From: Stylophora pistillata
Taxonomy: Eukaryota
Assembly (NCBI RefSeq): GCF_002571385.2
Contig: NW_019217810.1
Location: forward strand, 383,609 to 447,608
Direction of reading: 5' to 3'
DNA length: 64,000 nt
Part shown: positions 11,097 through 22,203 of the stretch, one piece after another
Layout: the number at the start of each line of letters is the position of its first letter
How positions within the stretch are numbered: position 1 is the stretch's first letter
Program-made: the position numbers and the translations under genes
Notes under the pieces: model-generated
Told to the model about the DNA's origin: nothing
Seen by the model: only the letters and a program-made list of their open reading frames with translations
The model's database searches: none

Positions 11097-13605
11097 TCAT
11101 CCTCTATAGGCATCTATGTTCTTCCAGTTTCCATACGATGTTCTGTACGCCTGATATCTCTGATAAGGGTTCGGGTATTGAGATCTCGCTTGAGCGTATT
11201 GCTTGTACTCTGTGTAATAGTTATTTGACTGAGAGGCTGGATAATAATTGCGATATCTGTAGGTGGCGGGTGGCATACGTGTTTGCGAGTAGGAGAGTGG
11301 CCTTATACTGTTCAATGCGGCGTTGCGGCCGATACAACACTTGACTGAACAGACTGGAGCACAGGTACTCGGGCATGATCCAGGGCAGGCAGTGGCATGG
11401 GCAGGGGGAAGTGCTGGAGCAGGCATGGGATAGTATACAGGAGAGGGGGCTGGGGGAGGAGGTGGACTGCAGCAAGTCTGAGAACATGCAGGGAAGCACC
11501 TTGCTGGGCATGTTCCGGGGCATGTTGGAGGAAGCTGTGGAGGGGGAGGCGGAGAAGGAGGAGGAGGCGGTGGGGGAGTGCAGCAGCTGATGTCACATCT
11601 GGGAAAGCACTTGTATGGTTTGTGGCATGGAAGAGAACACACCTGATCATAAAGATAAAGAGAGTTCAATATGTCAGAATGCTATGCTATCAACTCATGG
11701 AATCGCATATAAAAGTGTTTAGTTTCTAGGTTGTGTGATGATCTGAAGCAAGAGGGTTCTGGAGATCAGGATCGATTACCATAAATTGGGTAACCAATTG
11801 AGTATTCAAAGGATTTCCCAACCAGCTGCGGCCTTTGACCTGAAATCACAACCATTGCGAGAATAAAGAAATAGCAACCACATCCCCCATTAAGGTAACA
11901 ATGCCTTTCTACGATTCTTATAATTGGGGCTGATCGAATACGCAGCTATCAAAATGCGGTAATTTCTGTTCGGACATTGCAGAATTTGATAAATATGTGA
12001 TTCATCAACTTACCGGCACAATCTTTGGGTGCTGTATACATCGGTAGACAACTCTGGCATACTTATAGACTTCAGGGCACATTATAGAGTTTTTCTTTCC
12101 CAGGAAAGAACTAGTGGCTGCCACTGAACATTTGCTTTCTCCTTGACACAAGTCAAATAACTTCTCATTGATTCTATGTTCGTCCTTCACACAGTGTCCT
12201 TTAGAAGGGAGCACTTTATGTTGACATGTATTGTTGTCATCTCTGCCGTAAAATGTACTGTATAGGGCGATGCGATCATACCTATGGAACAGGTACAAGG
12301 GGTTCATTGGGAAATTTAATCACACCGACAATCTTACCTTAGCTGAAGTTCATGACAAGTTGTAGTGTCTTTACAAAGCTTTTTTTTACAATAGACGCAT
12401 AAAAAGTAAAAGGCACAGCTTTGTAGGAAAATTGAGAAAATTGGCTGAAAAGAAGACATGTTGTAATGCTTGTTTGTTTGCAAGTAGTAAGGGAAGAATG
12501 AACTCACTGCGCTTTGATTACACGATTATAACCAGCGATTATATACGCGAAACAAACAACTAATATCATGGATGAATAAGGAAGACAGAGTTTATAGTCT
12601 TTAACCTAAGGTTTACTGAATTACTCATCTTTAGTTATTCAATGGAGAATGACATTTCGTACTTGTTTGGGCATCTAATCTTCAGTTTATGTCCCTCGCA
12701 GGCTACTGCCACCTTCTGTTTTCTCTTCATGAACAAAGGCATCGGAGGAGGCTTGGGTTGGCAGCATGATGAGGAGCACTGGGGGTAGCACTCCTTTGGG
12801 CAGTCCGCTGGACAGGGAGGTGGAGGCGGTGGTGGCGGTGGAGGTGGGGGAGGGGGAGATGGGGAAGGAGCGGGAATGGGAACAGCAGCAGGAGAGGGGG
12901 TGGCAGCCGGCGCAAATGCTGCCGGAGAAGGAGGAGCAGCGGGATATTGAAAATATGGGGCAGTGGAGGGTGCTGACTGAGCAGGCTGTTGATAGTAATA
13001 CCGCAGCTGTTGCTGCCGCTGTTGTTGCTCTTCTTGTAGCAGCTGCTGTTGTTGATATATGGACGATCGTTGAGCTGTGTAGCAACACATTGGGTTACAC
13101 CTAGGGTAACACCGAGGAGAGCAATTTCCCGGACAGCTTCCTGAAGAGAAGAAACTTACCCTGTATCAGTAAAAGCAGTAATTCCAGTTTTTGGATTGTA
13201 TTTACTTTTAAGCGAGTCAAGATGGTGTGACCTTTACGGACCAGAAAAACTAACGCAAAAATCAACGTTTGTACTGCTGGATTGTATAATTCAAAGCCTA
13301 CTCAATTGATTACTGCCTGGAAGCCGTCAGGATCTAAATAGTTGTCTAAAATCTCGTCAATCAAACTTGTAATTCCTTGGTCATTTATAGTCAGTCAGTC
13401 AGTAAGTCAGATAGTCGATCGGTCAATCAATCAATCAGTTAGTCAGTCAGTCGCTCAGTTAGTAATTCTGTCAGTGACTCAGTTAGTTAGCGTGTTAATC
13501 ACTCGCTCGCTTTTTTCGCTCTCTTCTTCATTTGAACCTACCATATCAAGAGCCTTCCGCCGTATAAATGAACAAGGCAACCGCTATGAAACTAGCCAGC
13601 CACAT
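11097..13605 (-). CDS. Gene A: secreted SUEL (rhamnose/galactose-binding) lectin with five minicollagen-type CRDs and poly-Pro/poly-Gln linkers, ~451 codons; in-frame TGA at codon 20
   Basis: Exons 13605-13542, 13140-12663, 12281-12014 and 11642-11097, phases consistent. Signal MWLASFIAVALFIYTAEG. CRDs: CPGNCSPRCYPRCNPMCC, CPADCPKECYPQCSSSCC, CSLPCHKPYKCFPRCDISCC, CPGTCPARCFPACSQTCC, CPGSCPSTCAPVCSVKCC. SUEL: ACEG..LKIRC..YGR..C..LCQG..C.V.A..F...CP.VYKY...YRC. Confidence 0.85.
13388..13510. repeat. Degenerate (TCAG/TCAA)n tetranucleotide repeat in gene A intron 1
   Basis: agtcagtcagtc...tcaatcaatcaatcagttagtcagtcag. Confidence 0.7.
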
Positions 13606-16339
13606 GTTGAATTAGGACTGCAAATTTCTGGAGAAAAACGTGGAAACATTGAGATAAGATGTAAACGTAACAAAACCAGTTAAAATGATGTTAAACAAGA
13701 AAGGTCCCTTTAAATTTGAATATTTCCCTTCCTCAGGTTTCATCCTCTTTTCCCATCATTGACCTGTCTTAAACTGGCCCTGTGTCGGTGATTCTTTTCG
13801 CTTTGTTTATTTCAGTGGTCTTGAAAATGATAGGAAACGAAGCAGTGTGTAGCGCATCAGTGCGAGGAGCATTAAACTGCGGAAAATATAATTTTGTGGC
13901 TAAGTTAAGCAAAAAATTGGCCCGTAAATCTTTCAAATGGTAGAATATTTACTGATCATTAGAAGTACAGTTCCACACTAGACCACAAGAAGCGATTCTG
14001 ACAGGCTAAAATGAGTAAATTGAATCGAATTTAGCAGAGGTTATTCGCAATGTTGTTCATCTCGTCCTCTGGTTATCGGGTCGAAAATGCGATTTAGGGT
14101 TTTGGTACCGGAGCTGACAGCAAACTTGGTGCACATAACACTAGGTTTGGAAATCAAATTCGGCCCCCTCAACGGTAAGAGGCAAATGATCAGAATGATC
14201 TCACCTCTGTGCCGTCACTTAAAGTTAAGACAATTAACGTTGAAAGCACTCTTACGGAAAGACTATAACCTGGGACAGAATATTGCAGTCTCAAGGGCAA
14301 ACTGTCCTCGATTTTGTGTCTGATTGTCCAGACTGCAAAACTTTGAAATACAGTCAACTTTTTACATTTTAAACGTGGTTAAAAGTTGCAGCCGATGATC
14401 CAGAATTATCTTTGTGTCATTCAGGAACCCTCGACTGTGTGACACTTTAACAGTTCAACCATGAACAAGAGGATACCTTTCCCCTCTAATCGCGTGAATT
14501 AGCAGCCTTTTGAGGCGATCTTTGTGTTCAATTGCCGCAACGTTGTTTGTCTCAAAGGATCGCCTGGTACCTGTTTGAATTTCACACCGTAACGTGTAGA
14601 AAAGCCTGATTCTAAACAGTCTAAACTATCGTATCTGTAATAAACTCAAGGATAGAACGGCTTTTCTTAATTAATTTATTTTTCATTCGCGACTATATGT
14701 TTAATTTCTTGTCTTGTTCGTGGGTGTATGCGAACTTTCGAATTAGTTAAACAATTGTCAATGATCTAATAAAGTAGCAAAATGAATCATGTCGTGATTT
14801 ACACAAACAATTTACGGATTAAGACGTTAAGATAAATCAAACAAGAAAATTGGATCCCTTTTAAGACGAAATTCCTTTAAAAATACTCACTAAAAGGTTG
14901 CAAACAAAACTACAGGAATTCACTAACCTCTAGGTTATTTGGCTTGCGGACTTTTCAGGTGCAAGAATAGGTCTAAAAGTAGAACGAAAATGATAAAACT
15001 CACGGGACGTCAAGAATGACAAAATATGTCGTTACCAAATTTACACTCAAATGATTTTCCCATCAAAACGATTTGCAGGAAGAGGTGTCCAGGTGTCCCG
15101 CTTTGATTTGAAAACCCGCTACTTAAGATAAAGTATAATCAAATACTTTGGTAAATTACCATTCATTAGCTTTGTCCTCCATTTTTTTGACCGACATGGT
15201 GGCGGGGTCGACAAGTTCGTAATGGTAGTGGAATTCTAAAAATAATATTATGATGTCATTGGACTACCCGTCGCTATGACAATATTTTGCTGGTTAGCTG
15301 AATAAGGAAAATGCGCTCAATGATTGCTCAACAAGACCATTTAAAAGGTCAGAAATCTCTTTTCTCAGCTTACTCGACTAAAGTCCAATACTTTGAATGA
15401 TTTTTGCGTCTCGCCAAAGTGTTTTTCGCGAATTTGTTTTGTTCTTGTTGCATCAGTTAGGGTTCAAATGGAGCGTCTAACTGACAAAATTTTTTATCTG
15501 GATGTGGAGATTTTTATCTGCTCATTTGTTGCGGGCCATGTACTTACTTGAATCGAACTAAGGAGAGGACATAACCAGTAACGGTGTAATTAGGCATGTA
15601 AGGCAAAAAGAAAGATGTATAATGGACAAACTGATAAATAAAAATTACGAGATCAAATATGCCGCGATGATACCGCACTGTTCTCTCTTGTCAGCGAAAC
15701 AAGCCGAAAGTTTAAATCACCTGTTAGAAAGGATTGGAAACCTGTCTCCACAGGCATGCCCCTTACCTTGTGGAGACAAGAAAGAGAACGTTCCTGGAAA
15801 AATAAAGAGACACTGTCACTCTTCTCAAAATTTCTCATTGCGTGAACTCCCCGCAAAGGATCAAATGCTATGAGCTCAGTGTGTCATGCCGTTTTGTGAA
15901 AGGAAATCTCTCAGCTGCCAAGCAAGTGAATCTACTACGAGCAGTCGATCTTCAGCCCGCGAGTATAGGAAAATTTAGACGCATTGTTCACAATTTAGCG
16001 TTCGTCTGTCGTTTGCAACAGTTGGTGGGAGACGTGCTAACATCACCAAAACTGAGAGCCTATAAGCCTTAGCACCAAGTCATATTTGAGTAGAGCATTT
16101 TTATTCTATTTTAGCATCCGAAATACCCATATTTGAATTAAAAGGCACGCCATTTGCATTACCGTTTTAATAGAGTCTCAACTTTGGGAATAACATACAA
16201 AAAAAGTAGGGACATATATAGGTTTTGGCCAACATTTGGTTATGAAAGTTATCAAGTCGACAGTTATCAGAGGTTGTTGCCTTGAGTTGTGTGTTAAAGC
16301 CCCAGGCACTCATCGAATGAGTCAGACCATCGGTCTTAA

Positions 16340-16640
16340 ACTAGAAATCCTCTCGAACTGACCGACGTCTGCGAAGCATTCTCTTCATCTCAAACTTCAA
16401 GCTACGGCGGAGAACTGGAGCATACCGACCGAACATCCAAGAGAGAGCCCTCAGATGGACCCCTGATAGCTACAAAAATGACAAACGACCAAAAGAAACA
16501 CGGATGAGGAGATTGGAGGAGAAAGATGAAGAACAAGATGTTGCTGCATGAGGAGGGGGCTTAGAACGACAAGAAGTCAATCAACCGTCCATCTAAACAC
16601 GGTGACAGCCATATGAGCACTCACGCACAAACAGGACTAA
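16340..16640 (+). mobile_element. Degraded 3' fragment of an RTE-clade LINE
   Basis: Translation RALRWTPDSYKNDKRPKETRMRRLEE resembles the RTE C-terminal 'AL.W.P.GKR.RGRPK.TW.R' motif. Confidence 0.45.
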
Positions 16641-17704
16641 GCAAAACGTATCGTTAAGTGACGTCGGCATAGACCGTACAGAACGCACGTTTATAAGTGG
16701 CCATTTTCTACTCAGTCTTTTTAATCATCACATTGAAAATCACATTGTCTAAAAGTTACCAACGTCTTGCTTCAGCCCAGGAACAGATATGTTTAAGAAG
16801 CCCAGTGTGTCCGTGTGTGTTGTCTTGGGAATGATTCAGCTCAAGATAACTCTCATGAGGCTGTAATGAACTGTAAAGAGAAAGCTACTAAGGACGACCT
16901 CTCTGCTTTATTGGGGCACGCGATGAAGTGGAAAGATAAAAACACAAAACTGAATCACTTGATTCAAGAACGAAAATTTTTTTATGCGTTGAGAAGTCAG
17001 TGAAGCGAAAGTGATTTTCAAACAAAATTTTAAATTTGTCTGCGGAAGTCAAAATAAAAATGACTTTTTAGGAAGCATGTTCAGCACAGCCAATATACCT
17101 AACAAAGAGGAGAAATTTAAGAGAATAAGAAAATCTGATCGGACATAGGGACAAAAGTAAAGCCAATTAAAATGACAATTTGCTCTTACTGTGGAAATGA
17201 TAGAAAAACAGATATTACGAAGGTGATATCACAAAGAGAATAACGTTACACAAAAATTTATTTATACATGTTTTAAGATGTGACTGCCAGTTACATTGTT
17301 CATCTCATCTTGGACAGTATTTTTCTAATTTTAGTGCGGGCTACGAAGTGATCAAACAGTGTTATCTATCAGAGCGGGCTACTGAGCTAAATGCCAATAT
17401 GTAGCTGACAGTATTATCAGTAATCAACCACTGAAGTGTGTAAAGCTGTTATACTTGTTCAATTGATGATAGCTCAGAGGAAATGTGAATGCGATTGTAT
17501 CCTTTTCAACTCCTAAGGTAATGTAATCATCTTGATGCATAGCAAATATGTTAGAACGTAAACGATGGTAATGCACATATTAGAAATATTCTCGTAAGTG
17601 ACCTTCGGTCCCTCGGCAAAGTGATTTTCCAGCTCTACGCACACAGGATTGGTGTTGAAAGTCTTACAGGGTTAGTAACAACCAGTTTGGAGGGAGCCTC
17701 CCTT

Positions 17705-20151
17705 TTATCTTATCTCTGCATCATAAATAACATCGCGTTGCTCTTCAACCTCATTCCAATCACCTGAAGCACTCTGCTCACCACTGGGCTCTTCTCCAGA
17801 CTCCTCAGGTCGCATAGGAGTCTCTGATTTTTTGTACGTCTCATTGACTTCCGCTGATTGTGACGACGCCGCGTTGGCCGGGAACGTCTCAGTGATTACG
17901 TCAGTTGTAGCCTGTGGTTGAGTGAATTCCTCAGTTACGTCACTTCCGACTGCTGGGGTATTGTGTGTATCAACTGGAGTAACAGACGCTTGTGACGTAG
18001 CAGTAGTGATCGGTTGACTGTTTTCGTGCTCTTGAACAGTAATTTCCGGTACGGAAGATGAAGAAGACGAAGATGACGTTTCCGTGGAGACAGAGGTAGA
18101 CGAAGTTACGCCTCCCATGCCACCAGTTATCACCTCGTTGACTGATTGGCTATTTTCTGAGGCGCTGTCTACATTTGGATAATATGTTCGTGGTGTGCAC
18201 CTATAAGGAAGACATTACATCTGTCATAATATTGTAGACTGTAAACCTCCTTGTATCCTTTATTTTGCTTGTGAGATTGTTCCAAAACTCTCTGTAAGAA
18301 GTCTGCACATTTCTATTCTTTCAGGCGAATCAAGAAGAAAATATTTTAAGTGTATAGACTCTCTCCTTCCATGTAAAAGCTGAAGGTCTCACTTCCAACC
18401 ATATAGTTCCGTAAAGACACATAACTGTTTTAGGTTTTATCATATAGCTGTCAGAAGAAAAGTACAGCAACACTGCAGATTTGAGGAGCAGGTACTAGTT
18501 TGTATTTAGGACAAAAAAAAAAAAAAACAAAAACAAGAAAAAAGAAAACAAGAAGAAAAAAATTTAACCTGTATTTTATTTCCAAGTATTTGTACACATC
18601 AGGGCAGATTGTAGTTCCAGCCTTGGCCAGGAAATTGTTATTAGCTGCCACTTCACAAGCATGTTCCCCTTCGCAGAGACCAACAATCTGAGCCTTAACC
18701 TGCGTCTCTTGTTCCTGGCATACTGCACTGGAAGGGATACTTGGGTGAACGCAGATTTTTGGGTCCTTACGACCGTACATTGTCTCCACAATTGCTAAAT
18801 CATCGAAAGGGCTTGGGCATTGAACGTACGCTTTTTGTCCTTCGCACACAACTTCGTTTTTCTGGAAGGAAGGGGGATGAAATTACAGTTAAAGGTCGAA
18901 CTTATCAAAAAGTCTTTATCTTTCTTACTCAATGCACCGTGCCAACATTAAATTGAACACTCGAGAAGCTTCGCAGCGATGCGCCTATCCCTTGTCAACA
19001 GTCGCCGGTTAAAACCTCAGGGTTAGAAGAAACTCATACTGAATAAAATTGCTAGAGAGGGAGTTGTACCAAATGATCCTTGAGTGTTGCAAGGTCTGTT
19101 TTTAAAGAGAAGGACTAGATACATAGTCTGGAAGAAGTCATTTATGGCAAGACTGGATGCATTGATCAAAAAGCAGAGCACAAATGACTTCTCTGGAAAT
19201 AAGTGCAATTTGACACCATAAAAATTAATTTTTGCAAAACAGAAGACTTTTTAAAGCAGAATAAATATTTCTTACCACTTTCATAGCGCCTGGTGGCTCA
19301 GCGCTCTTCAGCGAGCCAGGATTTGGAGCTCCGTAGACAACTGGGAGAGGATAAAAAAGCAACAACTAGAACGTTGAGAAGTTGTGTTCGAGACAACCTT
19401 AAAGATGTACCAATAGACAGAAGATTCCTTTTTCTCGTCTTATTTCCTTTAGGATAATAAATGAAGTCTCTTTGATCAAAACTTTCAGTGGCTCACAGCT
19501 GAAGAGAACATCCTGTTACTGCAGACTTTAAACAGACCCTTGACTGTCAACACCGTCCCACCCCACATTCCATTACCTGGGATGCTAGTCCTTCACAGCG
19601 GAGTCCATCCCTATGGCGCTAGGTTTTTCACAACATTTTAACTTGTTTCATTTGGTCCACTCGGGCGATTTAAGTTTTAAACAGAAGGTCACGTATCGAG
19701 TATGGCTGCTACTCATGCAGATCATTCGATCCGAATTCGAAGTGAAGATAGCAAACCGTTAACCCAGCGAATTTCCCTAATAAAATTAATTTCTGTATGT
19801 GATTCGTTGTCGCTGACTTATTACCCGGTATACTTATTTGGCTTTTCAAGCTCGACGGGACCCTTCGTGTTGTCCACCTGCAGTTAGCAACATTCCCAGC
19901 CAAGTAGAAGTTTGTCAACCGTAAAAAGACAAGACGATGTTCAAACATATCCTACTGAATTACTGAAAAAGAATCAAAACTGGTTTATCACTCGGTGATA
20001 AATATTTGTTTGTAACTCTTCCGAAAATAGCGGGCCATTAAATCGCTTTGTTTACCGAATGGTAATGTTACTTGACGAAAATATTTGCGGTTACTCATTT
20101 CCTACCATACAAACAGCAAATCCACAGTGTTAACCACCAACTGCTTTCCAT
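17705..20151 (-). CDS. Gene B: secreted SUEL lectin with an acidic Ser/Thr-rich (mucin/proteoglycan-like) C-terminal stalk, 299 aa
   Basis: Exons 20151-20106, 19340-19276, 18861-18569 and 18200-17705 (900 nt, phases consistent). Signal MESSWWLTLWICCLYVVYG; SUEL VCEGQKAYVQC..MYGRKDPKIC..LCEGEHACEVAA..ICPDVYKYLEIKYRC; S/T/E-rich tail ending EESGEEPSGEQSASGDW...EIR. Confidence 0.88.
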
Positions 20152-20997
20152 GGGGCTTACTAATGACGGTCTTTTACAGCGAAAAAACAGCCGCATGCAG
20201 CTTTCACAAGTGGGAGCAATTTCTCTTCTGTTATTTAGTTCGGACAGAACAACTTGCGACACAGATTACATCAGTTAACTCGCAAATTGAGGAAACGAGT
20301 CCACAACTGGTATAATGCATTATTAAACGACATAAAATAAGCGTAGTTCCCGTAGAGGATCGTAGGCAGAACTGCGTGCTGAACATACATTGCAGTATTA
20401 CGAGTACTGGCAAACAACAAGAAAATCAGTTTTAAATTTCGTTCGTATCATCGGCAGATGCATAACAATGTACGAGACCCGCCCCGAAAGCCAATTCAAT
20501 TATATAGTTGTGACTTTTAACTAATAAGACAGGTTTAATTCATGGGAGTCCAAATCTAACTCTTTCTTCGTCCCCTAAGAATTGAAGACAATAAATGTTT
20601 CGTTGGTGGCAAATATTGTATTTGTGGATAATCAACTTAAGATGGCCGACTAGAAATTTTCCCAGATCCTGCTTTTCTGGGGTTATGATGAAATTAAACA
20701 TACTTTCAACTATACTTTAACTCCAAATCAGAACTTAGACCCTTTTGTTTTATTTGTAAAGAGCCGACCGGCAATTCTTATTATTGTTCTTCTACGGAAT
20801 TCATAAGCCGTGGCTACTGCAGGCTCTTGCTGTTTACTATATGTCTCTTTTCGTGCTTTCAATAACGTATTTGGCTTTTTCTCTAGTGTCCACAGACCAT
20901 GGCCAATTGTCTGCTAATTATTCTGGTACTAGTAGATTTAAGTGTTCCAAATTGGCTAAGGGTTTTAAATTATCTGTTAATGAGACATTAATAAAGT

Positions 20998-21162
20998 TTA
21001 TCATCATTATTATTATTATTATCATCATTATTATTATTATTATTACTATTATATTATTTTAATCATTATTCTCATAGTTATTGTAATTATTAGTCATCAC
21101 CAACATTATCATTATTGTCGTTATTAATACAATTTTTTTAATTGTCGTTATTACCATTATTA
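20998..21162. repeat. (ATT/ATC)n trinucleotide low-complexity tract
   Basis: tatcatcattattattattattatcatcattattattatt... Confidence 0.85.
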
Positions 21163-22203
21163 CAAACGCCGACAAGGTTTCTCCAATTATTGAATTTACC
21201 TGCAAATCGTGATTTTTCTTTTCCGCGAATTTGGTTTTGAACAAACTCATTAGATATTTCTAAAAAAGAACTCTGCTAGCTGTCTAAATTATATTACAAT
21301 TTATATATTCTTCAATTAAATTATTGTTGTTGTCTTAGTTAACTGGACCTATAAATATGGGAAAAACAATCAAGGAAAAGATACAGTTAAGCACAAAATA
21401 GACCACCTTGGTTGCATGGACACTGCGGAATACGCACTTAGACTCGGGGTGGTTAAAGCTTAACCCGTTACACGGCCCTAACATCAGCATACATATTCTC
21501 CATACCGTTCTTCATAAATTTTCCATGGCACTGACAAGGAGAATTCAGTAAAAAAATCAAGCGCTTTTCAAGTTTACAATCATTTCCCTTATTCTCATAC
21601 GCCTAATGTTTGATTTAGCAGTGAGACTTAAGTCAGAAGTTAGATACCAGTCACCCCCAGGCGTTAAAGCGTCAAACTAAGTACCACCATGCTACGTTAT
21701 TGGGTACGGTGCTACATTTTTGATACCTTTCAGTCTACTTAGGAGTGTAAATAGGTTCAGCGAGCTGGCAAGGAAAGTTCGAAATACTAGGGGTGGGAGC
21801 CTGTAATTAACTAGCCTCCCATCTAGAAATACAAGCATTTGTCTTAGGTCAGTGGCATCATATTTCAGTCGAAACTTTTGTAAGCTGCAAAAGTAATAAC
21901 AGCTAGTCTTGTACGCAGATTTTATATGTACCGTATTGGAGATAACACTTCGCGTGTGACTTACTTTCAAGCTCACTAAACATTAAGTATTTGTTTAAAA
22001 TGCTTCGATTGTCTGACCTTTTCGCCAGCTTTTATTGTGTTCAACGAGATCTTTAATTGCCATTAGTCAAATTACAATAGAATACCCGGAGTGGCAATCA
22101 AATCTGGCAGGTGCTGTCACGGAGGTTGTGTTGAAGTCATCAATTTTTGATGTTTCAGTTTCTTCCTTCTTTTACCAATGGGGTGTTATCATTTAGATCA
22201 GAA

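Noticed and set aside
15160-15235. Exon-like segment on the - strand with a perfect GCCACCATG upstream of gene A
   Set aside because: It ends in phase 2, hits a stop when joined to the acceptors I tested and encodes no signal peptide; at most a 5'UTR exon or uORF.
20784-21250. Poly-Ile ORFs resembling membrane peptides
   Set aside because: Translations of an (ATT)n microsatellite.
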